Part shown: in pieces, positions 19,698 to 30,112 of the stretch | How positions within the stretch are numbered: the first letter of the stretch is position 1 | How the letters are laid out: the number at the start of each line of letters is the position of its first letter | Source of the DNA: Oceanispirochaeta sp. | Lineage (GTDB): Bacteria; Spirochaetota; Spirochaetia; DSM-2461 | Direction of reading: 5' to 3' | Length of the DNA stretch: 64,000 nt | Assembly (NCBI GenBank): GCA_963663385.2 | Contig: CAXXXD010000003.1 | Coordinates: 384,001-448,000 of the forward strand | The notes under the pieces: model-generated | What the model was told of the DNA's origin: nothing | Databases searched by the model: none | What the model saw: only the letters and a program-made list of their open reading frames with translations | Translations under genes and position numbers: made by a program

Positions 19698-20948
19698 ATG
19701 AAGTTTTTATTCCTGTTATCCCTGAAAAACCTTTTTCGCTACAGAAAAAGAACCATAATCACCAGCGCCGCCCTGGCTGCGGGAGTGATGATCTATATTC
19801 TGATGGACTCTATGATAGCGGGAAGCATGGATATGTCGGAGGATAATCTTCTGAAATATGAAATGGGTCACGGCAGCATCACCACAGAGCAGACCTGGGA
19901 AGACAGGGACTACTTTCCTCTGGACTCTCCCATTCCCGACGGAGTCGCCTTTTCGGACAACCTGAACGGCCGGAACGGTATTGCCGCGGCACCGAGGGTG
20001 AAATTCCTGGGAGATATGATCCTCTACAGGGATCCCTTCCCGGAAGACGGCAGTATGCAGGTGGTTGTAACGGCTATAGATCCGGACCGTGACAGCCGGG
20101 TATTCGACCTGGAAGGCTCCCTTAAAAAAGGCGCCTGGCTGGAACCGGGCAGAGAGCAGGCGGTGATCGGGAGCTGGATGGCATCGGAAATCGGTGCTGA
20201 TATCGGGTATTACATTACCCTGGTCTGCCGGACCAGGGACGGCTACTATCAGACCATGGATCTGGAAATCGTCGGTATCATCGATACGCCCAATCCTTCG
20301 GTCAACCGGCTCAGCCTTCTGGTCCCTCTGGATACCGCCGACTATTCTCTGGATATGGCCGGAGGAGTCGGTGAAGTTGTCGTGAAACTGCCGGGAGACC
20401 GGACCGTGGATTCCCGGGAAAAAGCCGCAGTTCAGTCCCTTGTTCCGGACGGTATGGTCTATCATACCTGGAAAGAACAGGCGCTGGTTTATATTGCCGC
20501 ATCCAATGGCGACCGGTACAGCACAGTGGTCATCCTGTTTCTGGTTTTCATTATAGCCGCTGTAGGGGTTTCCAATACGATGCTTATGTCCGCTATGGAA
20601 CGGACAAGGGAGATGGGGATGATGCGGGCCATGGGGATGCGCGATAAGGATCTGAAAAGGATGTTTCTCATGGAAGCGGGGGGGATCGGACTTCTCGGAT
20701 CACTTATGGGGATTATTCTGGGAGCTCTGGGGAATATCCCTATGGTTCTCAAAGGCATTCCTCTTCCGGCTTCCACTGACCAGTACGATATGGGATACCG
20801 CATTTCCGGAGCGATGTGGGGGGTCTGGAAGCCGGATACCATGATTTTTTCCCTGCTGACAGGTATGGCCGTTACTGTTATTGTTTCCAGGCTTTCGGTA
20901 CGGAAAATCCTGAAATTTTCCATAGTAGAAGATCTGAGGCATTACTGA
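19698..20948 (+). CDS. FtsX/LolC-E-like ABC permease 3 (paralog of 16283)
   Basis: Shared blocks with permease 1: Y.DPFPE.G, IDP.RD..VF.L, DGY.QTMDLEIVGI. Confidence 0.9.
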   Translation: MKFLFLLSLKNLFRYRKRTIITSAALAAGVMIYILMDSMIAGSMDMSEDNLLKYEMGHGSITTEQTWEDRDYFPLDSPIPDGVAFSDNLNGRNGIAAAPRVKFLGDMILYRDPFPEDGSMQVVVTAIDPDRDSRVFDLEGSLKKGAWLEPGREQAVIGSWMASEIGADIGYYITLVCRTRDGYYQTMDLEIVGIIDTPNPSVNRLSLLVPLDTADYSLDMAGGVGEVVVKLPGDRTVDSREKAAVQSLVPDGMVYHTWKEQALVYIAASNGDRYSTVVILFLVFIIAAVGVSNTMLMSAMERTREMGMMRAMGMRDKDLKRMFLMEAGGIGLLGSLMGIILGALGNIPMVLKGIPLPASTDQYDMGYRISGAMWGVWKPDTMIFSLLTGMAVTVIVSRLSVRKILKFSIVEDLRHY

Positions 20949-20971
20949 GCCGCCCAATAAAGGAGCTGTAC

Positions 20972-22147
20972 GTGAAAAAATATCTGATTACCCTGTATCT
21001 GTTTCTATTTCTGTGTGCTCTGGGGGCCGAACCGAGCCTGAATCTGAGTCTTGAGCTGAATGACGCTCTCTACAGGGGCGAGGATGACTGGTATTTTGCC
21101 GGTACGGGTCAGGCTTCCCTGAATCTGAAATCCCCCCGGGATCCCAATGTTCAGGGGGCCCTGGTTATGGATTTCGTTCCCATAGATCTGTCCGGCGGTA
21201 CATCGGGGACATCCGGTGTGTCCTACTCCTATGTGAATGTTAAAAAGGCCTATGTGAAAGTCCGGTTTCCCGGACTTCGAATGACTCTGGGGAAGACCAG
21301 ACTGGCCTGGGGGGACGGAATTGTATTCAATTCGGGAGATATACTGTTCGGAAGTCTCAATCCCATTCTGGATCTGACCCGGCAGGAGCTTCGGTCCGAT
21401 ACTGCCTGGCTTACATCCCTCAACGTACCCCTGGGGCCGTTCGCCTTTGTGGAAGGGGTGGTTCTACCCCCGGGATATGATATGAGTGATTCTTCCGCTC
21501 CGGTTATTGGTGATCTGAGCAGGGCTTCGGCGGGGGGCCGGGTATATTTTACCGTCTTCAATACCAAAGTGGAGATGGGATACCTCTACAAGGGCGAAGA
21601 GAAGGTTGCCATAGATGTCATAGGTCACAGGCCCTACCTTAGCCTGCAGGGTAATATCGGTCCCGACTGGTACATGTCTACTTCCGCCGCATTTCTTACG
21701 GAAGAGCAGAGAAGTGAAGGATCCGATGCGGACTGGGAGGACAGCTGGAATATCACTTTCGGCCTGTTTCATCTGGCAGAAGTGAATAGAAACAATACCC
21801 TTACCTTCAGACTGGAAACCCTCTGGTTCCCCTATCAGAACTGGGAAAGTAAAGTTGACCGGGAGACTGTTTATGGAGTCTATCTCTATCCGGAGCTGAC
21901 CTGGCAGAGGGGGGCAAGTGTTACTTTTTCCCTGCAGTCGGTAGTTTCACCCCTGGACGGTTCGGCCATGATAACCGGCGGAGCGGGATGGAATATCTAT
22001 CAGGGTTTCACCCTTCAGGCCTACCTGAGCTGTTTTACAGGAGAGGAGACGGATACCTTCGCCTGGGACCGGGGGGATGCCTGGGTGGAAGGGCAGGATA
22101 TGGTAAACGGTGTTTCCCTGATGACGGGAGTGCGGTATGTGTATTGA
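20972..22147 (+). CDS. Secreted protein, probable outer-membrane beta-barrel
   Basis: GTG start after AAGGAG; signal peptide; LGKTRLAWGDG; alternating strand pattern; C-terminal GVRYVY. Confidence 0.65.
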   Translation: MKKYLITLYLFLFLCALGAEPSLNLSLELNDALYRGEDDWYFAGTGQASLNLKSPRDPNVQGALVMDFVPIDLSGGTSGTSGVSYSYVNVKKAYVKVRFPGLRMTLGKTRLAWGDGIVFNSGDILFGSLNPILDLTRQELRSDTAWLTSLNVPLGPFAFVEGVVLPPGYDMSDSSAPVIGDLSRASAGGRVYFTVFNTKVEMGYLYKGEEKVAIDVIGHRPYLSLQGNIGPDWYMSTSAAFLTEEQRSEGSDADWEDSWNITFGLFHLAEVNRNNTLTFRLETLWFPYQNWESKVDRETVYGVYLYPELTWQRGASVTFSLQSVVSPLDGSAMITGGAGWNIYQGFTLQAYLSCFTGEETDTFAWDRGDAWVEGQDMVNGVSLMTGVRYVY

Positions 22148-22289
22148 AAAAATGAGTGTAAACGGTAAGCATCCGTCTGGATTTATAGATCCGAGTTTAT
22201 TATAGATAAAAGGATATTTCCTGACTTGGAAGAAAATCTTCCATTTTGCTATTGTATCCCGTCTTCTGATGTATAATTTTAATATAAGC

Positions 22290-22317
22290 AACAGGTAAAT
22301 AGGGCGATTTACCTGTT
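22290..22317. terminator. Intergenic hairpin
   Basis: AACAGGTAAAT-N6-ATTTACCTGTT. Confidence 0.45.
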
Positions 22318-22381
22318 AAAGATTGACCTGAATTTTGCCAAAGGAATATATTAGGTATTGCAGGTATCTCTGGAGGTTTGA

Positions 22382-23323
22382 ATGCAGCATTTCCTTATGG
22401 CTTTCTATATCCTTTTTTTTGCTACAGGATTTATGGGCAGTACAGCTATCTTTTTATTGAAGATGCGTATCAAAAGTACACTGCTGACACCGCTCTTTGT
22501 TTTCCAGCTACTCTTTATTCTTGGTACCGGTTTAATCATGATCATGTACTATTTTCAAAATTTCCCTTCAGGATTATTTGATCCGGCAGAACGGATCATG
22601 CTTTTTCTTGCATTAGCAACCAATACGGCAATCTGGGCGATTGTTCTTATTCTTATAAAGCGGGTTTCACCGTCAGGATCCCGTCTGAAAGGTTTTCCCG
22701 CACTGGCTTCGTCTTTTGTTATTTTTGTTATTATTAAAAGCATTGCCAATATGCTAATGGTTTTGATGGTGCAAAGCGGGGCGGCCGGAGTGGAAGCTCT
22801 GACAGGCTTACAGGTCTGGAATATAGGGGGGCATGTTTTGACAGCATTGGCAATGGTTTCATTTGGAATAATTGTCCGAGGACCCCTCAACTCGGGAGAA
22901 CCCTCTGCAATTCGCCCCCTGATGAAAGCCTACGGTCTTTGCGCTATCATTTTTGCCCCTGCGGGATTTATCGAATCAGCTTTACAATCTTCTGGAATCT
23001 CATGGCTCGCGATGCTGTCTCTGGATCATCTGTTTTATCTGACATGGAATATTATTTCCATGTCTGCAGCTATCAGGATGCTAAGGCCATCTCAAATAGG
23101 GCAACCGCTTCTTGAAACGGTTCCAGAAGAACGGATCAGAAACTTTAAACTCTCTGCCCGGGAAGTCGAAATGGCCGTTATGATAGGTCGGGGTCTTTCC
23201 AATAAGGAGATTGCATCACAGCTTTTCATTTCTCCTGCAACAGTGCGGACTCATATTTATAACCTTTATCAGAAAACGGGAGCGAGCAGCAGAATAGAAC
23301 TTCTCAATATGCTGAGAGATTAG
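22382..23323 (+). CDS. Membrane-bound one-component regulator with C-terminal LuxR HTH
   Basis: About 7 hydrophobic segments, then LSAREVEM..GLSNKEIASQLFISPATVRTHIYNLYQK. Confidence 0.88.
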   Translation: MQHFLMAFYILFFATGFMGSTAIFLLKMRIKSTLLTPLFVFQLLFILGTGLIMIMYYFQNFPSGLFDPAERIMLFLALATNTAIWAIVLILIKRVSPSGSRLKGFPALASSFVIFVIIKSIANMLMVLMVQSGAAGVEALTGLQVWNIGGHVLTALAMVSFGIIVRGPLNSGEPSAIRPLMKAYGLCAIIFAPAGFIESALQSSGISWLAMLSLDHLFYLTWNIISMSAAIRMLRPSQIGQPLLETVPEERIRNFKLSAREVEMAVMIGRGLSNKEIASQLFISPATVRTHIYNLYQKTGASSRIELLNMLRD

Positions 23324-23519
23324 CTCCGTTAACTTAATGATGTTCATCGAGTAACCGCTTTAGCAACTCTAAACTCCTGAAACGGGCATGTACCGCCCCC
23401 AGATGGACTCTACGATTAATGTATTAGTTTACTCTTATTGAAATTACGACACTTATCCGATGTGAATCCCTGCCATTGGGCTCTATCCTCTGTAGTGAAA
23501 AGTTGATACGGAGGAATAG

Positions 23520-24452
23520 ATGAATAGAAAAATCACTATCTGGAAAAGATTTTTTTTATTATGTTTTCTCAGCCTTACCGCCACATCGGCCATGGCTGAA
23601 GAAAAGAATATGTACATACCGCTGGGGGAGTATGAGTATGTAACCCTTGAATCCCGCACGGTTCAATCCCCCAGCCTGGGCGCTATGGTTATAGGCGAGG
23701 ATTTTTTAATTTCCGGAATTTATAAATATGGTTCTTTTATTGACGAGTCCCCTCAGGGGTATCCGGGGCATTACCATTCTATAGATACAATGTTTGAGAC
23801 TCATTGGGGAAAACATCAGGTTCTTTCCAGTTTCAAAACAGAATCGGATGAACCTTTTACAGGAGGATGGGCGACACTTCAGGCCACGGGTATATACAAC
23901 TATCAAGTCATGAAAGGCAAGAAGCTTAATGTCAGACTCGGTCTGGGAGCCTCTCTCGGAGATTTTGGTATTGATCTAGATAATGGGAAGAACTGGCCCC
24001 TCATCCCTGTGCCATATCTGGGTATGGAATACAGATCCCGAATCATTCAGGCTGATTTCAGTTTTGTCTTCGGTCCGAACTTGAGTCTTACTATCTTTCC
24101 CGAGAGAAAAATCCGTTTCACTGGTGAAGCGGAGATCAATAATTACAGGGATCTGCAGGATCTTATTTTTACGACATCCGTTCACTACAGATTCTTTTCC
24201 GGGGCAGATTCTTCTAATGATTTTGCCGGCGTAGCAGTTGGAATCACGAATACCGGTTTCGGCTTTACTCCCGGAGGGGGCGACGAACCTTACGAGATTC
24301 AGTATTACTCGGTTTTTTCAGAACTTGATTTGACTCTTCTCAAGATTTCCGGGGGATATTGCTTCAACGGACAGGAGCGATTGGGAAAGGCGTCGCCGGA
24401 AGATCTCGGAAATGGATATTTCATGAACATCCAGGCTATGTATCAATTCTAA
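23520..24452 (+). CDS. Secreted protein, possible outer-membrane beta-barrel
   Basis: Signal peptide (SAMA-EE); amphipathic strands; C-terminal IQAMYQF. Confidence 0.6.
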   Translation: MNRKITIWKRFFLLCFLSLTATSAMAEEKNMYIPLGEYEYVTLESRTVQSPSLGAMVIGEDFLISGIYKYGSFIDESPQGYPGHYHSIDTMFETHWGKHQVLSSFKTESDEPFTGGWATLQATGIYNYQVMKGKKLNVRLGLGASLGDFGIDLDNGKNWPLIPVPYLGMEYRSRIIQADFSFVFGPNLSLTIFPERKIRFTGEAEINNYRDLQDLIFTTSVHYRFFSGADSSNDFAGVAVGITNTGFGFTPGGGDEPYEIQYYSVFSELDLTLLKISGGYCFNGQERLGKASPEDLGNGYFMNIQAMYQF

Positions 24453-24462
24453 GGAAACCGGT

Positions 24463-25737
24463 ATGAAGGAAAAATCTTTTACACCCTTTCTTGTTGTATG
24501 GACCGGCCAGTTCTTTTCGGGGCTGGGAACAGGGATGACAGCTTTTGCACTCGGGGTTCATGTTTTCAAACTAACCGGCAGTGCCATGAATTTTGCCATG
24601 GTCATGGCCTCGCAGTTTATTCCTGCAATTCTTATTGGTCCCGTGGGAGGTGTATTGGCCGATCGGTTCGACCGGAGGCTTATGATCATTCTGGGGGATG
24701 CCGGTTCGGCCGCTGCAGTTGTCTTTCTTTTGTTCTGTACTGTTTACGGCCGACTATCCATTTGGATCATATACATGGGAGTAGCTCTAGGCTCTGCGTT
24801 CACAGCCCTCCAGGGGCCTGCCTACAAGGCTTCTCTATCGGATATGCTTACGGAGTCCCAGCTTGCAAAGGGCAGCGGTTTAATGCAATTGTCCTCTTCT
24901 GTCAAGCATCTTGTAGTACCGGTAAGCGCAGGATTTCTGCTAGCTTATTCAGGAATTGAATGGGTACTGCTGCTGGATATCGTAACTTTTGCATTTGCCG
25001 TTGCGGCAGTCATGTTTATGCCCGCCAGAGAGAAGATAAGCCATAGCTGTAAAGAATCTCGAATCCTGACTGAATTGAAAGAGGGGTGGCAAAGCCTTTC
25101 GGGAAAACCGGGCGTAATGCATCTGGTCATAAAACTTGCTATCGTCACCTTTTTTGTAGGCTGTATTCAGACCCTTTTTACTCCAATGATGCTGACCATA
25201 ACGGATGTGGAAACCCTGGGGATGGTTCAGTCTGTGAGTGCTTTGGGAATGCTTGCAGGAAGCCTGATAATCAGCGTCATAGGTCTAGGAGAGGACTATC
25301 TGGTCCCATTGCGCCTGGGACTTGCCCTGGGGGGAGTTTTTCTGGCTGTTATGGGGATGAGCACAAATATCCTTCTGATTACAATATTCTTCTCTTTATT
25401 TTTCTTCTGCCTGCCCATGATCAATTCCAGTGCGGAGGTTTTAATCCGAACTGGAATCCCGAACCATGAGCAGGGGCGTGTATGGGGGCTGACAGGACTG
25501 CTTACCCAGACTGGCTATGTTGCCGCCTACCTTAGTGCCGGGTTTCTTTCGGATCAGGTATTCAGTCCCCTCCTTTTCGACCAGGGAGTGCTTGCATCCA
25601 GTCTCGGTCACATTGTCGGGACTGGACCCGGGCGAGGACCCGTTTTGGTATTTATGATATGCGGTCTGGGTCTTATTCTCACAGCTTTTACAGGAGTAAA
25701 ACAATGTTGTCTTTTAAAATTATCAGAAAGGAATTGA
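24463..25737 (+). CDS. MFS transporter (macrolide-efflux/DHA3-like)
   Basis: WTGQFFS..G; motif A GVLADRFDRR; QGRVWG. Confidence 0.9.
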   Translation: MKEKSFTPFLVVWTGQFFSGLGTGMTAFALGVHVFKLTGSAMNFAMVMASQFIPAILIGPVGGVLADRFDRRLMIILGDAGSAAAVVFLLFCTVYGRLSIWIIYMGVALGSAFTALQGPAYKASLSDMLTESQLAKGSGLMQLSSSVKHLVVPVSAGFLLAYSGIEWVLLLDIVTFAFAVAAVMFMPAREKISHSCKESRILTELKEGWQSLSGKPGVMHLVIKLAIVTFFVGCIQTLFTPMMLTITDVETLGMVQSVSALGMLAGSLIISVIGLGEDYLVPLRLGLALGGVFLAVMGMSTNILLITIFFSLFFFCLPMINSSAEVLIRTGIPNHEQGRVWGLTGLLTQTGYVAAYLSAGFLSDQVFSPLLFDQGVLASSLGHIVGTGPGRGPVLVFMICGLGLILTAFTGVKQCCLLKLSERN

Positions 25738-28046
25738 GCAGAAAAAGGGGGACTATGGTCGTTGTCTTTATGTTTATCATGCTTTCTTCCCTTTTAATCT
25801 CAAGCGGTACAAGGATGATCCTGGAGCTTAATAGTGCATTGGACGTCCTGTTCTCTTCAGCCGGAATCCCGCACTTTGTTCAGATGCATTCAGGGGATCT
25901 TGATATTCAGCAACTGAACGCCTGGGCCGACGAAAATGAACTTATAGCCGATAGGCAGATTGTGGAAATGGTTTCAATAGAAGGATCTTCTCTGTTTTTG
26001 AAGGAGGGAGGGGAGAGTGAAGAAAACAGTATTATGGATATCAGTTTTGTAAAGCAGAACAGCATCTTTGATTTTCTTCTGGATACCGAAAACCGTATTA
26101 TTGAATTATTACCGGGAGAGATAGGAGTCCCCGTTTATTATGCCCGGCAGAAGAGTGTTCAGCTCGGGGATTTGATCAGAGTGGGAACCGGGGATCGGGA
26201 GCAGACTTTTAAGGTCACAAAGATACTCAGGGATGCCCAGATGAATCCCGCGATCGTCCATTCTAAACGTTTTCTTCTCAATGATCGGGATTTTGAAAAT
26301 ATGAGAAATCTTTTTCCTGAAACTGAATACCTTATTGAGTTCAGGCTGACAGATGAAGAGAAGCTGGAGAGCTTTACAAATGAGTATCTCGCCATGGGGA
26401 TGCCCCAGAGGGGGCCGACTGTCGATTACCGGCTATTCAAGGTTCTCAACGGTCTCAGTGATGGGCTCGCCGGTCTGATTATTATTATCCTGAGTTTTTT
26501 GCTGATGATGATTGCCATACTCTGTTTGAGATTTACAGTTTTAACAGCTATAGAAGAGGACTTCAGAGAGATCGGTGTGATGAAAGCCGTTGGAATGCCC
26601 CAGAGGAAAATCAGACGGATTTACCTACTTAAATATATTGCTGTCGGTGGCTCTGCTGCAATCTGCGGTTATCTGATTTCGTTATTTGCGAATCGGTACC
26701 TGATGGCAAACAGCGAAGTCTATATGGGGAAAGCGCCTGTGGGACTGTTCTCTATAATCATTCCCTTTTCGGCTGTCATGTGTATTTTCCTTTTTCTTAT
26801 CCTTTCGGTGGTCCTTCTGCTGAGACGGTTTAAGAGCATAAGCGCTGTTCAGGCTCTACAGGCAGGCGACAAAACGGAGGCTCCCCGAAAAACCGGTAGT
26901 TTGGAGCTGAAAAGAAGCGGCAAAATGAATATTAATCTGTTTCTGGGTATACGCGATGCGGTTGAACGCTTCAAAAACTACGGTCTTTTAATATTTATCT
27001 TTGTTATATCCAGCTTCATCACTATCCTGCCTGTTAATTTCCTGTCCACTATTTCATCGACAGAGTTTATTTCCTATATGGGAATCGGACGGAGTGATAT
27101 CAGGATTGATCTGCATCAGACGGATAAGATTCAGGAACGTTTTGATTCAATGATAGATTATTTAAGAGATGAACCGGACATTGACCTAATATCGCCTCTT
27201 GTCACATCACAATTCACCATTATCAAAGAAAACGGCGAAACCGACCCCCTGACAGTTGAATCGGGAGACTTCTCCCTGTTTCCCCTGGATTATATGGAAG
27301 GGAGAGAGCCGCAGAACAATAGAGATATTGCCCTCTCATATTTGAATAGTCGGGACCTGGGCAAGAATGTGGGAGATCCCCTGATCCTGGAAATTAACGG
27401 TAAAAAGCAGGAGATGCTTGTTTGCGGAGTTTATCAGGATATAACGAACGGCGGACATACAGCCAAGGCTTCAATTCCCTACAATAGCGGGAAGGTCCTA
27501 TGGTATACCCTGAGCCTTAATATGAAGCCGGGAGTCTCCATTGCAGATACTGTGAGCGAGTACAGTAGCCTGTTTTCACCGGCAAGGGTTACTGATCTTG
27601 AGTCTTATCTCTCTCAAACTCTTGGAAATACAATTGCACAGGTACGGAAAATTGCAATTCTGGCCGTCATTATCGGGTTATCGGGAGCCATACTGATTAC
27701 CTCGCTCTTTCTCAATATGATGATAAGCCGTGATAAAGTTCGTATTGCCGTTATGAGAAGCCTTGGTTTTTCTTTGAGGCATCTTCGTCTGCAATACCTG
27801 ACTACTACAATAGTCCTTTTGGTTTTAGGAATTATCGGCGGAACCGTTATTACCAATACTGCGGGGCAGACTTTGATAAGCTTTCTCATTTCATTTATGG
27901 GAGCAGCCCGTATCCAATTGATTATAAACCCGCTGCTTTCCTCTTTTCTGTTGCCCGTCCTGTTAACAGGGACAGTTGCGGTAACCACTGTTATCAGCAT
28001 AACAGGAATAAGAGATTATACAATTGCTGCGGCAGTCACGGAATAA
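25704..28046 (+). CDS. ABC transporter permease with two FtsX domains
   Basis: EEDFREIGVMKAVG and IAVMRSLGF; ATG 25704 after AGGAG. Confidence 0.88.
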   Translation: MLSFKIIRKELSRKRGTMVVVFMFIMLSSLLISSGTRMILELNSALDVLFSSAGIPHFVQMHSGDLDIQQLNAWADENELIADRQIVEMVSIEGSSLFLKEGGESEENSIMDISFVKQNSIFDFLLDTENRIIELLPGEIGVPVYYARQKSVQLGDLIRVGTGDREQTFKVTKILRDAQMNPAIVHSKRFLLNDRDFENMRNLFPETEYLIEFRLTDEEKLESFTNEYLAMGMPQRGPTVDYRLFKVLNGLSDGLAGLIIIILSFLLMMIAILCLRFTVLTAIEEDFREIGVMKAVGMPQRKIRRIYLLKYIAVGGSAAICGYLISLFANRYLMANSEVYMGKAPVGLFSIIIPFSAVMCIFLFLILSVVLLLRRFKSISAVQALQAGDKTEAPRKTGSLELKRSGKMNINLFLGIRDAVERFKNYGLLIFIFVISSFITILPVNFLSTISSTEFISYMGIGRSDIRIDLHQTDKIQERFDSMIDYLRDEPDIDLISPLVTSQFTIIKENGETDPLTVESGDFSLFPLDYMEGREPQNNRDIALSYLNSRDLGKNVGDPLILEINGKKQEMLVCGVYQDITNGGHTAKASIPYNSGKVLWYTLSLNMKPGVSIADTVSEYSSLFSPARVTDLESYLSQTLGNTIAQVRKIAILAVIIGLSGAILITSLFLNMMISRDKVRIAVMRSLGFSLRHLRLQYLTTTIVLLVLGIIGGTVITNTAGQTLISFLISFMGAARIQLIINPLLSSFLLPVLLTGTVAVTTVISITGIRDYTIAAAVTE

Positions 28047-28072
28047 TAAATCAGGAATAAAGGAATAAGTAA

Positions 28073-28891
28073 ATGAGTATACTACTGAAATCGGAAAAAT
28101 TGAATAAATATTACAATCTCGGTAAGAACAACAGATTGCATGTTCTTAAGGATGTGGATTTTGAGATTATGCGGGGAGAATTCGCAACAATCATGGGACC
28201 TTCCGGTTCCGGAAAGTCGACCCTGCTTTATAATATCTGCGGTATGGACCGCATGAGCTCCGGGCGGGTGAACTTCAATGGAAAAGAGCTGGCTGATCTG
28301 TCAGAAAAGTCTCTTGCTTCTTTGCGGCTGGAGGAAATGGGATTTATTTTTCAGCAGATACATCTTCTAAAAAACCTTTCTGTACAGGATAACATAATCT
28401 TATCCGGATACCTTAACGGGAAAAAAAGCCGAAGGGATATCAATGATAAGGCCCGGAAGCTGATGGAGATGACCGGAATAGAATCTCTGGCTCAAAACGA
28501 TATAACACAAGCATCCGGCGGGCAGCTTCAGCGGGTGGGAATCTGCCGAGCCCTGATAAATGATCCGGAAATAATCTTCGGTGATGAACCCACAGGGGCC
28601 CTCGATTCTCATTCTTCAGCTGAAATTATGGAACTGCTTAGAACTGTGAACAATTCGGGAACCACTGTTCTGCTTGTTACGCATGATCCGCAGGTTGCTT
28701 CGCTGAGTGACCGGGTGATCTATATGGTGGACGGTCAGATTGTCTCAGAAAAAAAGATCGGACGTTATACAGGGAATAAAAAGGATGTACTCGAAAGAGA
28801 ACAGATAATTTCGGAATGGCTTCATACTCCTGAATACAGGTTTAAAGAGACTGGTAAAAATACAGTTGGATCGGGGCATAATCTACACTGA
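28073..28891 (+). CDS. ABC transporter ATP-binding protein
   Basis: GPSGSGKS, ASGGQLQRVGICRAL, FGDEPTGALD. Confidence 0.93.
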   Translation: MSILLKSEKLNKYYNLGKNNRLHVLKDVDFEIMRGEFATIMGPSGSGKSTLLYNICGMDRMSSGRVNFNGKELADLSEKSLASLRLEEMGFIFQQIHLLKNLSVQDNIILSGYLNGKKSRRDINDKARKLMEMTGIESLAQNDITQASGGQLQRVGICRALINDPEIIFGDEPTGALDSHSSAEIMELLRTVNNSGTTVLLVTHDPQVASLSDRVIYMVDGQIVSEKKIGRYTGNKKDVLEREQIISEWLHTPEYRFKETGKNTVGSGHNLH

Positions 28892-28908
28892 AGAATGGAG
28901 CGGAAAGT

Positions 28909-29100
28909 ATGCTTGAAAACATCTATATAATAGAGAAGTTAGCAATAATGCATGAAGTAGAAATCCGGGAGACAGTAAGAAGGGGTTCCCGGATAGATGA
29001 TACCTGTATCAGTACCAGGAAATTCGGTCTGATACAAAAAATAATCAGAATGGTAGAACCTTCAGCAATCCAGTTTAGGGCAAGAAGGTGGTTTCATTAA
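28909..29100 (+). CDS. Small hypothetical protein
   Basis: 63-aa ORF with GGAG upstream, between co-directional genes. Confidence 0.35.
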   Translation: MLENIYIIEKLAIMHEVEIRETVRRGSRIDDTCISTRKFGLIQKIIRMVEPSAIQFRARRWFH

Positions 29101-29888
29101 TATTAGTGCTCCTGATCTTATTACCTGTGACTCTGTTCTCAGGAATGTTCCATATGCATTTTCTAATAGAAAGGAAAAAGGCTCTGTTGCGATCTCTTTC
29201 TGTTGATCTTTCCGGTAAAATCTATAAAGAAAAGCAAATTATAGACCTTCCTGCTCCGGTGCGGCGGTATTTTCAAAATGTTTTAACTGACGGACAGCCT
29301 TACATCAGCACCATTTATCTTAAACATGACGGCCAGTTCAAGACGGCACCAGGTAAAAACTGGATAAATATTGAGGGAGAACAGCACTTTACTGTTGAGG
29401 AGCCCGGATTCCTGTGGAGTGGAATGACTGTTTTTTTATCAGTTCAGGATATGTATATCGCCGGAAAAGGGGAAACCCGGGGCTCCTTTTTAAATTTATT
29501 CAATCTATATCATGGAACAGGTCCTGGATATGATCAGGGGGAACTTCTCAGGTGGATTGGAGAAAGTGTCTGGTTTCCTACTAACCTTCTGCCCAGTCAA
29601 CGTTTGCAATGGGTTCCTATAAACGAGAATAAGGCGAAACTCTCTTTAGTATATAGAGGGAAAGCACTGTCTTGCGATGTCAGCTTCAATACAGGCGGTG
29701 AGATTACACAGCTGAAAACCAGGAGGTACATGAGAGTAGGGCGGTTGGAAACATGGGTAGGCCGTTTTAGTAATTACAAAGAGGTTGATGGTATGAAAAT
29801 CCCAATGAAAGTTGAGTCTGTCTGGAAATTGCCCGATGGTGAGCACAGCTATGCCCGTTTTATTATCCGGGAAATACATCATAATTGA
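29088..29888 (+). CDS. DUF6544-type membrane-anchored protein
   Basis: N-terminal TM; LPAPVRRYF, QHF..PGFLW, DQGELLRW.GE.VWFPT.L. Confidence 0.75.
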   Translation: MVSLILVLLILLPVTLFSGMFHMHFLIERKKALLRSLSVDLSGKIYKEKQIIDLPAPVRRYFQNVLTDGQPYISTIYLKHDGQFKTAPGKNWINIEGEQHFTVEEPGFLWSGMTVFLSVQDMYIAGKGETRGSFLNLFNLYHGTGPGYDQGELLRWIGESVWFPTNLLPSQRLQWVPINENKAKLSLVYRGKALSCDVSFNTGGEITQLKTRRYMRVGRLETWVGRFSNYKEVDGMKIPMKVESVWKLPDGEHSYARFIIREIHHN

Positions 29889-30112
29889 AGGTTGAGACTC
29901 TGATAGCCGGCATCGGTTTTAGAATCTGATAATTGGATAACTACGCTGTCAAAATGGTGAAACCAAAGTAGATTCCATCAGAGCCGGCCGAAGTGGCTCT
30001 GGTCTCCCTGAGACGCATTTCTGGAGACGAGCCGGACACCTTTGTCTGGGTCCCCGGGGAATGGGCAGGATACGAATAATGAGATATCCCTTATGTCCTG
30101 GATACAGTATAT

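Noticed and set aside
29972..30079. Short open stretch IPSEPAEVALVSLRRISGDEPDTFVWVPGEWAGYE* that could be a gene remnant at the module boundary
   Set aside because: No convincing start or recognisable family; needs tBLASTn to support.
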